From Verrucomicrobiota bacterium (GTDB lineage Bacteria > Verrucomicrobiota > Verrucomicrobiia > Limisphaerales > AAA164-E04), in NCBI GenBank assembly GCA_047947115.1, contig CP170459.1, forward strand, positions 5,664,001-5,728,000: 64,000 nucleotides of DNA. The letters are read 5' to 3'. The notes beneath the pieces were generated by a model, which saw only the letters and a list, made by a program, of their open reading frames with translations, was not told the DNA's origin and ran no database searches. The stretch's first letter is position 1; every line of letters starts with the position of its first letter. The translations under genes and the position numbers were made by a program. Positions 11,601 to 20,758 of the stretch are shown here, one piece after another.

Positions 11601-13728
11601 CAGTATTCAATTCACAACCCTGAGCAATCCATTGTTTCAGCATCTCGTAAAACGGTTCCCCCATGCGGGTGCGTTGCCCCCCTTCATGTGGCACGGCCGA
11701 AGTGGATTTCAACAACATCAGGCTGTCATCTGGCGAAGCGAAGTTGATGCGTCGTCCGGCGAGATCATCAGTAAACGCCCGCACGTCATACAGGGGATCG
11801 TATCCGCGCAGGGATAATTTGAATCCATTCTTGCCGTCCTTGGCGCCGTGACACGTACCGGAGTTGCAACCCATTTTGGAAATCACCGGATTCACATCCT
11901 GAACAAAGTCGGGGCGCAATGGCCGGGTATAACCATCCACGCTGACGGGTAGTTTGACTTGATGTCCCTCATACTGCACCAGGACGGTATCGCTTCCATC
12001 TGCTTCAGGTGTGATGATGCCCCTGGATGATATGGAGACCCGTTCACCACCCGCCTTGAAGGTGACCAAACGCGTCAGATCAACAGATTGCCCGGAAGCA
12101 GTCCACCCCTGAACGACCAGCTGGAATGACTCATAGGCATTTTCAAACCGAACTTGGGATGGGGAAACGCTCATGGTGTAAATCGCGTCAGCATCGGCGT
12201 CATTCAATGGAACAGGAACAAATGCCTGCCTTAAGGACAAAGTGTCGGCACTCAACACACGCACAACTCCATCCGCCCCGCCGATAGCCAACCGATGACC
12301 ATCGGTGTGAAAAGCCACAGCATAAAGCGCCGTTTCAAAGGAACTGTCGGCCAGCCTCTTGATGCCCTGGGTCCAGAATGCCTCGACTTTTTGCCGCTCC
12401 TCGGCATTTCGACTGGAAGCGACTTTTTGCATGATGGCCTTGAGTTCATCCGACAGCGTGCTGTCCACATCACTGTCGTAAACACTTGCAAACCCCTTGC
12501 CGTCCAAACTGCTCACCGCCACAATCCGCTTTCCGTCCGGGCTGTAGTCAACGCCAAAAATACGTCCTGTCATGCCGGGAAAACGACGGATCAGGTTGGC
12601 ATTGTCTCCGATGACACGTTTGGTCTGACGGAACATGCGGTAAATCTGCGGCGTTCCGTCTGCTGCACCGATAAGGATTTCATCCTTGGAAGGATGCCGT
12701 GCCACGGACTGAATCCCGCCTCTCAAAGCTCCCGGAGTAATGGACGTGATGTTGTCAATGAACCGCTCGGTGGCGACTTCGGTCAGTTTGGCCGTCTGGT
12801 CACGTCCGACGGAAACAAGGTGATCACCTTTGACATTGAATACCGTATCGATCACCCAATCATTGTGAGACCCCTGAAACAGAACCTGTTTTCCATCTTT
12901 GACCTGAAAGGCTCTCAAGGTGTTGTCGGCACATCCTAACGCGATCAGGGTTCCATCAGGCGACCAACTGGCTCCATAAACGGTGTCGTATGAAACAGGA
13001 ACCGACAAATCCAGTTCTCCACTGGCGACATCCCAAATCTGAAGTTCCCCCATGCGACCGGGAGAGCCGCCGGCGACAGCCAGTTTGGTGGCATCGGGTG
13101 AGAAGCGGACAGACTCAATACGTTGGGACAATCCGATCAAGCGCTTTTCCAAACCGGACCCATCGGCCTTGTGCAATAACACTTCGTGAAAACCTGAAAC
13201 CGCCAACCAACGACCATCAGGTGAATAATCCAGTGAGGTGATCAAGGGTGGTCGCTGATAAACGGGAGGGTTTTCCAAATCATAACGCGGAACGGCATTA
13301 GGCGGAGTGTCATTGATCGCGCCTTGATCAATCCAGCGTCGAACCAGATCGATTTCAACACTCGACAAAGGCTCCTCCTTGCGGGGCATCTCTGCCTTGC
13401 CGTTCACCGGTGTGATCAACTCGACGAGATAACTCTGCGCTGCATTTCCTGGCAGGATGGCTTTCCCCCCACTCTCGCCACCTTGAATCATTCGCTCAAA
13501 ATGGGTCATCACATAATCGCCTTCCGGTTTGGCTGGCTGATGACACCCATGGCATTTGGCTTGAAAAACAGGTCGAATATGCTGGTAATAGCTGACTTTT
13601 GACGAATCATCCTCCTGGCCAAGAACCCAGACTTGGGATGATGCTGCCAGCATGGCAACCACCAGTTTCCCAACCGTTTTCTGCCAATCCCGGACACAAG
13701 TAAGGTACAATGCTCGCGGTGCAATCAT
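8674..13728 (-). CDS. Planctomycete-type cytochrome c / WD40 / DUF1549-DUF1553 multidomain protein
   Basis: N-terminal CHGCH cytochrome domain; WD40 repeats ([22 protein letters not shown]); Ig-like segments; [42 protein letters not shown]-terminal [13 protein letters not shown]. Start taken at ATG 13728. Confidence 0.9.
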   Translation of the reverse strand: MIAPRALYLTCVRDWQKTVGKLVVAMLAASSQVWVLGQEDDSSKVSYYQHIRPVFQAKCHGCHQPAKPEGDYVMTHFERMIQGGESGGKAILPGNAAQSYLVELITPVNGKAEMPRKEEPLSSVEIDLVRRWIDQGAINDTPPNAVPRYDLENPPVYQRPPLITSLDYSPDGRWLAVSGFHEVLLHKADGSGLEKRLIGLSQRIESVRFSPDATKLAVAGGSPGRMGELQIWDVASGELDLSVPVSYDTVYGASWSPDGTLIALGCADNTLRAFQVKDGKQVLFQGSHNDWVIDTVFNVKGDHLVSVGRDQTAKLTEVATERFIDNITSITPGALRGGIQSVARHPSKDEILIGAADGTPQIYRMFRQTKRVIGDNANLIRRFPGMTGRIFGVDYSPDGKRIVAVSSLDGKGFASVYDSDVDSTLSDELKAIMQKVASSRNAEERQKVEAFWTQGIKRLADSSFETALYAVAFHTDGHRLAIGGADGVVRVLSADTLSLRQAFVPVPLNDADADAIYTMSVSPSQVRFENAYESFQLVVQGWTASGQSVDLTRLVTFKAGGERVSISSRGIITPEADGSDTVLVQYEGHQVKLPVSVDGYTRPLRPDFVQDVNPVISKMGCNSGTCHGAKDGKNGFKLSLRGYDPLYDVRAFTDDLAGRRINFASPDDSLMLLKSTSAVPHEGGQRTRMGEPFYEMLKQWIAQGCELNTESPKASSIEIIPQNPVIRSIGDLQQLRVVARFPDGSHRDVTREAFVETGNSEVATVDELGLVSSVRRGEAPMLARYEGAYASTTVTVMGDRSGFEWVDVETYNKVDEAAVAKWKRMRILPSGLCTDTEFARRVYLDLTGLPPSVLQLQDFLNDPKPSREKRNALIDHLVGNRDFVDYWTNKWADLLQVNRKFLGPEGASMFRDWIRKEIESNTPYDQFARKILTANGSNKENPAASYYKILRDPEAIMENTTHLFLATRFNCNKCHDHPFERWTQDQYYEMSAYFARVSLKGDPESKDQFIGGTAVEGRKPLYEVVYEADKGEVTHLRTGQATPPAFPYEAAFNEPSEEATRRDTLASWMTSPDNDYFAKSYVNRIWGYLMGVGLIEPLDDIRAGNPPSNPELLDWLTQDFVDHGFDVQHLTRTICKSRVYQLSIETNAWNEDDAINFSHATPKRLPAEVLHDAIYFVTGADPAFPGVPRGTRAVQLPDVGVKLDDGFLANLGRPVRESACECERSSELQLGSILSLVSGPTVDQAISDSANAIAELVKKEASNEKVVEQLYWRILNRAPASSEIERNMKVFDLVADHHATVEQQLADYEKDYAPIQKRQEAEREQRITEARRDVSDYEAEIAPRESKLEADRQEKIASAEAALKQHETEWRQGFESWLRNPQSSVEWKAMDIRNVTASNDTKLVLQRDASVKAEGKLGQTIYTIQGRTGGTALTALRLETLLDESLPKNGPGRADDGNFVLTEIEARWAPVSNPSKWTDLKLHKAQADFSQGNFPVGNAVDGNKGGNNGWAVSPQLGRYHVAVFELKESLPAGESVLIEVRMTQNYQSNKHAIGRFRLSLTDAVEHIDLGIPSAIESLLALDAGDRSDDQFRELETFYRSRDAELAKLEKTLEETRKPRPEDPELTRLKARLDLVSKPLPMDPTLKGLRRAFELSSEQIKHSRLTAAQDVAWALINNPSFLFNH

Positions 13729-13791
13729 ATAGCTGATGGCTCTACTATAGAGCATCTCAGGGTAAGGAAAATGTTTTTTTTCAGCTCCCAA

Positions 13792-14021
13792 TTATCGCCC
13801 CACATGGATCTCGACAGTGGAATGGACAATTTGGGATTGCTCTGCAGAAGCATTCACCGACAATGAGACGGCAGCAGCATAGATATCAGGACCAATCGAC
13901 CAAACGTAACGATCGGTCACAACTGCGCCTTCCGCTTCAATCAACAGTCGCACCTTTGACACCAGACTTTCCGGGGCCTGATGATCACCAACACACTACT
14001 ATTTTGCCCCAACAATCCCAT
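13792..14021 (-). pseudogene. Degraded C-terminal remnant of a CDF-family metal efflux transporter (DmeF-like)
   Basis: Manual translation gives GLLGQNSSVL, a 1-nt frameshift near 13987, then DHQAPESLVSKVRLLIEAEGAVVTDRYVWSIGPDIYAAAVSL...IVHSTVEIH*. This resembles the CDF cytoplasmic domain pattern (LLD...DLHVW.IG....A...H.TVE). The TM region is absent. Confidence 0.6.
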
Positions 14022-14208
14022 GCGGGTTCAGTTGTCAATGAGTAGTTGTGTTGAGCTTGTTTAATCGATGCGATTCATCCGGCCCACCTGCAGCAAAGTG
14101 TCACACCATATCCACTCAATTACTTGGAATGGGAGCTGCTGATCCCCTGATTGTCTTTTGCTTGCTTTGCTGTGATCGACTGCTCAATATCTTGTTCATT
14201 CCAACATT

Positions 14209-14427
14209 ATGAAAAATCCCGCCGTTCTTGTGACACTTATTGCATCGATTGGCCTCGTGATATCGGCAAGCATCATGTCAAGCGCCATCACCACCTTTGG
14301 ACGAAGCCTCGAAAGGGCCGCAACATCAAAAAGACCGAATGAAATTCGCATTCCATCAAACTTCACCATTGATTTTGCCGGAGGCAACCGCCCCATACGC
14401 ATCGATCTGGAGGAAACGCAGAAGTAA
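14209..14427 (+). CDS. Small hypothetical membrane protein (72 aa)
   Basis: ATG start, single N-terminal hydrophobic helix, lies in otherwise intergenic space. Confidence 0.55.
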   Translation: MKNPAVLVTLIASIGLVISASIMSSAITTFGRSLERAATSKRPNEIRIPSNFTIDFAGGNRPIRIDLEETQK

Positions 14428-14609
14428 TGAAAACACGAAGGATTCCCACCGGAAATCCAATAGCCAAACCGGCCCCATGAAATACAGTACAGTCCATATG
14501 ATCCGTGATTAAAAAGAATTCAATCGACAGGCAACAGAGTTAGCCTCCCTCACCAGAATCGCTCTGATTTATTGATTGGTATCAGGGATGACCTGTATTA
14601 GAAAAATGC

Positions 14610-16055
14610 GTGATGCTTAGTTCCTTTCTCATCCTTTTTGCCGGCATGGCGATGGTGCTGGGGTGTATCCTGGTGTGGAGGTTGCCGGCATTTCTCGCTC
14701 TGATCGGAGCAGCATGGCTGACCGCCGCCCTGACGCCAGACACCGCCCTGAGCACCTACGCGACATCACAGGGATGGAATGAAACGGAAACCGCATCCTT
14801 TATCAAGCAGACCTCCATCAAACGTGTCGCGACCGAACTGGCAGAAACTTTTGGCAAGGTGGGGATCATCATCGCCATGGCATCTGTCATAGGCAAATGC
14901 CTCCTGGCAAGCGGCGGCGCCGATCGTATCGTCAGGTCGGCTTTGAAGGTCATTGGTATCAGGAATGCTCCGTGGGCCTTTACAGGCAGCGGTTTTCTAT
15001 TGGGTATCCCCGTGTTTTTTGACACCTTGTTTTACCTCATGATCCCGCTCGCCAAATCCCTCGGTTTTCGGGAGAAAAACAAATACGCGCTATTGGTCAT
15101 GTCCATCATCGCCGGCGGCACCATGGCCCACTCACTCGTCCCCCCCACCCCCGGTCCACTCTTAGTCGCCACGCAACTGGACGTTCCGCTTGGGTCGATG
15201 ATGATCGGGGGATTGCTGGTGGGCGTATTCACCTGCTGGATCGGACAGATGTACGCGCGCTGGGCCAACCAAAAATGGCCCCTGCCCATCAGGAATTCAG
15301 GGGGAGTGACTGTCAAAGAACTCAAGCAACAAATCGAAACGGACGATTCCAAACTTCCCCCACTGCTCTGGTCTTTGCTCCCCATTGTACTGCCGGTGAT
15401 TCTCATTGGCCTTCAATCCTTGGCAACCTCACTTCAATGGACTCCCGAATCCATTCAAAACAACTTGCTAGCGGGTTTAATGAATCTGGTGAACGTGGTC
15501 GGAGAAAAAAACACCGCCTTGACCCTGTCAGCCATTACCGGGTTGCTGCTGCTCTACCGTTTTCCCGGGCAAGCAAAGGGCAAGATACGAACTTCACTGG
15601 AAGATGCATTGAGCCAGGGAGGATTGATTCTCTTGATCACTTCCGCAGGAGGAGCCTTTGGAGGCATCCTGCAGCATACCGGAATCGCCACCCACATCCA
15701 GGAATGGGCAAGCGGTTATCAATTGGCTTTGCTGCCTCTGGCATTTTTTGTCACGACACTCGTCCGCACCGCCCAAGGCTCAGCCACCGTGGCCATGATC
15801 ACGACGGTGGGCATATTCGGCGGCATGGCAGAATCTGGTGAACTGGCCTTTCATCCACTTTACCTGGCTTTGGCCATCGGATGCGGATCCAAACCTTTCC
15901 CATGGATGAATGACAGCGGATTCTGGATCATCGGACGCATGAGCGGTATGGAAGAAAAAGAGACCTTCCGATATTTTTCCTTCATGATCTCGCTCATGGG
16001 ACTGGCCGGCCTCATCGTCATCATGCTGGCCGCCCTGGTGATCCCGCTCAAATAA
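14610..16055 (+). CDS. GntP-family permease
   Basis: Motifs GIPVFFD, HSLVPPTPGP, RTAQGSATVAMIT, WMNDSGFW; many TM helices. Confidence 0.92.
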   Translation: MMLSSFLILFAGMAMVLGCILVWRLPAFLALIGAAWLTAALTPDTALSTYATSQGWNETETASFIKQTSIKRVATELAETFGKVGIIIAMASVIGKCLLASGGADRIVRSALKVIGIRNAPWAFTGSGFLLGIPVFFDTLFYLMIPLAKSLGFREKNKYALLVMSIIAGGTMAHSLVPPTPGPLLVATQLDVPLGSMMIGGLLVGVFTCWIGQMYARWANQKWPLPIRNSGGVTVKELKQQIETDDSKLPPLLWSLLPIVLPVILIGLQSLATSLQWTPESIQNNLLAGLMNLVNVVGEKNTALTLSAITGLLLLYRFPGQAKGKIRTSLEDALSQGGLILLITSAGGAFGGILQHTGIATHIQEWASGYQLALLPLAFFVTTLVRTAQGSATVAMITTVGIFGGMAESGELAFHPLYLALAIGCGSKPFPWMNDSGFWIIGRMSGMEEKETFRYFSFMISLMGLAGLIVIMLAALVIPLK

Positions 16056-16134
16056 ACTCAAGCCGCCTGATCATTTTTCAACATCCGTCACGACTGTTGT
16101 TCGGCAGTTTGAAAAATGGTTTACCTTGGGATTC

Positions 16135-16728
16135 CTAATGTGTGACCGGAATGATTCCCATCACACGACTTACAACTGGAGGGTATATTCCGTTAGCGGC
16201 AACCCAGCCTCGGGCGGTTTCGAATTCGGATGGAGTGTTGATGTTGAAGGCTTCCATGCCATCTGCATCGCTCCATTGGAAGACCTGCGTTTCCTCATGG
16301 TGAAACAGCGCATACAAGGATCGTCGATCGGCTTTGAGCTCTACTTGAACCATGGACAGAAATCGATGCGGAACAACCAATGGAAACCCACGGCGGTTTT
16401 CCATCTGCATACAAGCGATTCCGTTCAATTTCGAAGCATTGATCGTCAAATCCTTCAACGTGGGAACCGAAACAAATGGCATATCACAACTGAGGAAGAG
16501 ATGAAAATCCGCATCGCTGTGGCGCAGACCGGTTTCAATTCCTGCCAGTGGGCCTTTTCCCGGTTGCAGATCTTTTGAGATCAAGGTGACGGGGCTGCTC
16601 ACCGCTTCTGCAGTCAGGCGAACCCAATCGATCAAATGTTTTCCATCCAGTTTGAGCAACGATTTATCTGTTCCCATGCGACGACTGGAGCCGCCTGCGA
16701 GGATATGAATCACGGTGGAAGGGGTCAT
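16135..16728 (-). CDS. mobA: Molybdenum cofactor guanylyltransferase
   Basis: Motifs ILAGGSSRRMGTDK, GPLAGI, SCDMPF, FNINTP. Start placed at ATG 16728. Confidence 0.85.
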   Translation of the reverse strand: MTPSTVIHILAGGSSRRMGTDKSLLKLDGKHLIDWVRLTAEAVSSPVTLISKDLQPGKGPLAGIETGLRHSDADFHLFLSCDMPFVSVPTLKDLTINASKLNGIACMQMENRRGFPLVVPHRFLSMVQVELKADRRSLYALFHHEETQVFQWSDADGMEAFNINTPSEFETARGWVAANGIYPPVVSRVMGIIPVTH

Positions 16729-16849
16729 AGCTGGATCTCTCCGGATGGTGCCTGGTATGTTTGCTTCACGGTGCGGTCTCGAGTGTGATGTGGCATCCGG
16801 GACAATTTCATTGATTTTCCGGATCAAATCCAGCATCAATAATGCGCAT

Positions 16850-17884
16850 ATGAACTCCCGAAAATATCTACTGACACTGGCAAGTGCTGCCGTGTTTGCT
16901 TTGTCTGCATCCGTCAAGGCGGATGTATCAAATGTCGTGGCCGACATGGCCTGGGCTGCCAACAATTTCCTGAATGCTCTGACAGATGAGGAACGTGGAA
17001 CGGCCAGTTTTGAATTCAAAGACGATCAACGGATCGACTGGCACTTCATCCCCAAAGAAAGAAAAGGATTGGCCATCAACCAGATATCCGGTGAAAAAAA
17101 GACTTTGGCCCAGGCTCTGTTGTCCAGCGGCTTGAGTTCGAAAGGCTATCTGCAGGCATCCACCATCATGACTCTGGAAAAAATTCTTCAGGACATGGAA
17201 GGCCCCGGCCGTCGATTCCCACGCGACCCCGAGCTTTACCACGTCTGCATATTCGGACATCCCAGTGACACCGGCACATGGGCATGGAGTTTTGAAGGAC
17301 ACCACTTGTCGGTTAATTTCACCATCGTCAAAGGGCGGGAAATTTCTGCCACACCGCATTTCATGGGAACCAATCCGGCTCACGTGAAAGAAGGCCCTCG
17401 CAAGGGACTTCAAGTTCTGGGCAACGAAGAAAATCAAGCACGCGCCCTGCTGAAATCCTTGCGTCCTGCTCAATTCAAGAAAGCCATGATCAGCGACAAG
17501 GCGCCGTCCGACATTTTCACCGCCGCTGAAAAAGAAGTTGGGCCACTGGAAGACAAGGGCATCGCGGCATCTGATTTGGGCTGGAGTCAGAAAGAAGCCC
17601 TTTTGGGTATCATTGAAACATATCTCTACCATGTTCGACCTGCGGTAGCAGAAGTTGAATTGGAAAAAATCGAAAAGGCAGGCATCGCAAACATCAAATT
17701 CGCCTGGATGGGAGGATCCAATGTAGGAGACGCCCATTATTACCGGATTCAAGGGCCCACCTTCGTATTGGAATACGACAACATTCAGAACGGCGCCAAC
17801 CACGTGCATGCCGTCTGGCGTGATTTCAACGGCGATTTCGGACGTGACCTCCTGAAACGGCACTACGAACAATTCGCCCATTAA
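16850..17884 (+). CDS. DUF3500 domain exported protein
   Basis: Signal peptide; motifs WHFIP..RKGL, WSFEGHHLSVN, YYRIQGP, NHVHAVWRD...DFG. Confidence 0.85.
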   Translation: MNSRKYLLTLASAAVFALSASVKADVSNVVADMAWAANNFLNALTDEERGTASFEFKDDQRIDWHFIPKERKGLAINQISGEKKTLAQALLSSGLSSKGYLQASTIMTLEKILQDMEGPGRRFPRDPELYHVCIFGHPSDTGTWAWSFEGHHLSVNFTIVKGREISATPHFMGTNPAHVKEGPRKGLQVLGNEENQARALLKSLRPAQFKKAMISDKAPSDIFTAAEKEVGPLEDKGIAASDLGWSQKEALLGIIETYLYHVRPAVAEVELEKIEKAGIANIKFAWMGGSNVGDAHYYRIQGPTFVLEYDNIQNGANHVHAVWRDFNGDFGRDLLKRHYEQFAH

Positions 17885-17987
17885 TGAGGACTTGATTCCC
17901 TGATCGTTCCTTTTTTATTTTACAGCCAACCGCGGTGCGTTGATTCGACGACGCACCGCGGATTTGTTTATCAACCAAACTAAATTC

Positions 17988-19190
17988 ATGGGAAAAAAAC
18001 GCCGCAGAAAACCCGCTCCCCCAACACTGGAGCCGTCCTTCGAATGCGAAGGAGATTTTGACAAAAACATCGGAGACATAGTTACGTTGGATATCACCGA
18101 CGTGGCCTTCGGCGGTGAAGGTGTGGGACGACACGAAGGGTTTGTGGTGTTTGTTCCCTTTGTGATCACGGGAGAAAAAGTGCGGGCGCGCATTACGGAG
18201 ATTCACAAACAGTTCGCGCGGGCAGAATTGATGGAGGTCCTCGAACCATCCGCGCACCGAATCGATTCCACCTGTCCTTACTACGGAGAATGCGGCGGCT
18301 GCCAATATCAACACATCGAATATAATGAACAACTGAACATCAAGCGCAAACAAGTCAGCGACCTTTTCGAGCGGATCGGCGGGCAATCCAAAGACATCGT
18401 CCAACCGGCTGTCGGCTGCCCCATCCCGTACGGATACCGCAACCGAATCATGGTCCGCACTCAGTATAATCGGGACACCAAGGCGATGAATGTGGGTTTT
18501 CTCAGATACCACAGCCGCCTTGTCGTCGACATCCCAGAATGCGCGATTGCGGAACCGGAGCTTAACGAGTCATTGAAAGAAGTCCGCATCGATCCACCTC
18601 GCAAAAACGGCATCAAATTTACTTTGCGCGCATTTCCAAAAGATTGGGATCTGCCTCCGGACTCCTTTTTTCAGGTCAATTATCATCAACTGCCAAATAT
18701 GGTAGGTGCTGTTGCGGATTGCCTGAAAGCTGCCGGCACGAAATTCCTGATCGACGCATACTGTGGAGTCGGTTTTTTCAGCCTGTCACTCGCTGATGTT
18801 GTGGAATCCTACATCGGCGTGGAAGTGGATCACCGGGCGATCCAATCAGCACGTAAAAACGCTGAATCCATGCAACGCCTGAACGGATCCTTCATCGAAG
18901 CCACCACCGAGGAAGTCATTGAAGAGCTCGTTAAAAAATACCACCCAGAAGCGACGACCATCATCCTGGATCCGCCGCGCAAAGGATGCCACGCCTCCAT
19001 TCTTGAGGTCCTGCGCAGAGCCAGACCGAAACAGATCATCTATGTGTCCTGCCAACCGGCAACACTTTCAAGAGACATCAAGGCCCTGTGTGCGGACGAA
19101 TTATTTGAAGTGAACCAGGTCATTCCGCTGGACATGTTCCCACAGACCCAACATGTTGAGTGTGTAACTGATATAAGACTCAAAAAATAA
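17988..19190 (+). CDS. TRAM-domain 23S rRNA (uracil-5)-methyltransferase, RlmD family
   Basis: TRAM domain, Fe-S motif CPYYGECGGC, SFFQVN, DAYCGVG, LDPPRKG, YVSC, DMFPQTQHVE. Confidence 0.92.
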   Translation: MGKKRRRKPAPPTLEPSFECEGDFDKNIGDIVTLDITDVAFGGEGVGRHEGFVVFVPFVITGEKVRARITEIHKQFARAELMEVLEPSAHRIDSTCPYYGECGGCQYQHIEYNEQLNIKRKQVSDLFERIGGQSKDIVQPAVGCPIPYGYRNRIMVRTQYNRDTKAMNVGFLRYHSRLVVDIPECAIAEPELNESLKEVRIDPPRKNGIKFTLRAFPKDWDLPPDSFFQVNYHQLPNMVGAVADCLKAAGTKFLIDAYCGVGFFSLSLADVVESYIGVEVDHRAIQSARKNAESMQRLNGSFIEATTEEVIEELVKKYHPEATTIILDPPRKGCHASILEVLRRARPKQIIYVSCQPATLSRDIKALCADELFEVNQVIPLDMFPQTQHVECVTDIRLKK

Positions 19191-19217
19191 AAAAGGTCTT
19201 TTTTTACCTTTTAAGGG

Positions 19218-19246
19218 TTGCCAAAGCATTGTCGATGGCTTATTAA
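19218..19246 (+). promoter_or_regulatory. Putative sigma70 promoter of rho
   Basis: TTGCCA-N17-TATTAA, about 150 nt upstream of the rho ATG. Confidence 0.5.
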
Positions 19247-19249
19247 ACC

Positions 19250-19366
19250 GCAAGCTCCTGACCATCCTGCGGGCTTGCATATATTTCTGTTCGGTTCTGG
19301 CGTTCAAGTGTTACGGAGGATTTGAACGCATTTTCAGCGGCGGTTTTCCATTGGTGAAAAAACGCC
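19250..19366 (+). promoter_or_regulatory. Structured 5' leader of rho (three consecutive hairpins)
   Basis: GCAAGCTC(19250-57)/GGGCTTGC(19271-78); GCGTTCAAGT(19300-09)/ATTTGAACGC(19320-29); GGCG..TTTTC/GAAAA..CGCC (19339-19366). Confidence 0.45.
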
Positions 19367-19394
19367 ATACCAAAACAGGTGAATTCAATCTATT

Positions 19395-20642
19395 ATGAAT
19401 AATAAATCCGCCAAAGGCGGCAACGGTCCTTATAAGGGATCGAAACATCCAAAAGGACCTAAAGGCCCCAAGGGACCGAAAGGTCAAAAAGGACCGAAAG
19501 GTCCCAAGGGCCCCAAAGGTCCAATCAACCAAGATGTGAAACTGGATGACGGTGAAGGTTATCTGGAGATAGCAGAGAAGGGTTTCGGATTTCTCCGATC
19601 CTCTGACCAGCATTTCTCTCCGAAACCCACCGATATTTTCGTGACCCCGGACACCATCAAGCGCAATTACCTGCGTGAGGGTTCCTTCATCAAGGCCGTC
19701 ACACAACCTCCACACCGCGGGAACAATCCTCAGTTGCGTGAAATCCGCGAAATCAATGGCATGACACCACAGGAGTATGGCAAGTCAATGCGTATTGAAA
19801 ATCTGACCACGATTGATCCCATTGAAAAATTCAAACTTGAGACAACGCCCGACCTGATCGAAACACGCATCATCGACCTGGTCACTCCGATTGGAAAAGG
19901 AACCCGTGGTCTCATCGTCGCGCCTCCCCGCACCGGGAAAACAACGATTCTCAAACAAATCGCCAACGCCATCACGACAAACCACCCAGAAGTGGAAGTC
20001 ATCGTGTTGCTCATTGATGAACGTCCCGAAGAAGTCACCGATTTCACACGATCGGTCAATGCGGAAGTGATTGCATCCTCCAACGATCAGGAACTTGAAA
20101 CCCATGTGCGATTGTCGCGTTTCGTCATCGAACGTTGCCGTCGTCGTGTGGAGATGGGCAAGGATGTGTTCGTGCTCCTTGACTCCATCACACGCGTGGC
20201 ACGCGCCTACAACAGCGTCCATGGCGGAAGCGGACGCACCATGACCGGCGGTGTGGATGCGCGTGCGCTGGAAATCCCGCGCAAGATGTTTGCATCAGCC
20301 CGCAAAATTGAAGAAGGCGGATCGCTGACCATCCTGGCAACCGCTCTGGTGGATACCGGGTCCCGCATGGATGAGTTGATCTTCCAGGAATTCAAAGGAA
20401 CCGGCAACATGGAATTGATTCTCGACCGCAAACTGTCCGACAGACGCCTTTACCCGGCTTTGGACATCCCGAAAAGCGGGACGCGCAAGGAGGAAAAACT
20501 CTATGGACCACAATGGATCCAGGCCATTCACAAGCTGCGTCGTGAGATGATCGACATCAATCCGATCGAGGCCTTGGAAACATTGACCTCGGCCCTCAAA
20601 AAGTACAAGACCAATGAGGAGTTTTTGAAACGGTTGCTGTAA
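19395..20642 (+). CDS. rho: Transcription termination factor Rho
   Basis: RNA-binding GFGFLR...DIFV, Walker A APPRTGKT, LIDERPEEVTD, LDSITR, TGGVD, EFKGTGNMEL. Confidence 0.97.
   Translation: MNNKSAKGGNGPYKGSKHPKGPKGPKGPKGQKGPKGPKGPKGPINQDVKLDDGEGYLEIAEKGFGFLRSSDQHFSPKPTDIFVTPDTIKRNYLREGSFIKAVTQPPHRGNNPQLREIREINGMTPQEYGKSMRIENLTTIDPIEKFKLETTPDLIETRIIDLVTPIGKGTRGLIVAPPRTGKTTILKQIANAITTNHPEVEVIVLLIDERPEEVTDFTRSVNAEVIASSNDQELETHVRLSRFVIERCRRRVEMGKDVFVLLDSITRVARAYNSVHGGSGRTMTGGVDARALEIPRKMFASARKIEEGGSLTILATALVDTGSRMDELIFQEFKGTGNMELILDRKLSDRRLYPALDIPKSGTRKEEKLYGPQWIQAIHKLRREMIDINPIEALETLTSALKKYKTNEEFLKRLL
19452..19523 (+). repeat. 9-nt x8 coding tandem repeat encoding (KGP/KGQ)8 in the Rho N-terminus
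   Basis: Units: aaaggacct aaaggcccc aagggaccg aaaggtcaa aaaggaccg aaaggtccc aagggcccc aaaggtcca. Confidence 0.95.
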
Positions 20643-20758
20643 AGCGCCAATCGGCTCGAAGCGACGTCATTCACACAAACGCTCCGAACGATTCATCGTC
20701 CAATTTGACGACCGGCTCTGATGAAACCATTCATCAGAGCCTTTTTTGCAACACCAAC

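Noticed and set aside
19190..19213. AAAAGGT/ACCTTTT hairpin after the RlmD-like gene as a terminator
   Set aside because: The stem is AT-rich and weak, so it is not supportable.
19452..19523. Tandem repeat considered as a CRISPR or contingency locus
   Set aside because: There are no spacers, the units are in-frame 9-mers, and synonymous divergence argues against slippage-driven phase variation.
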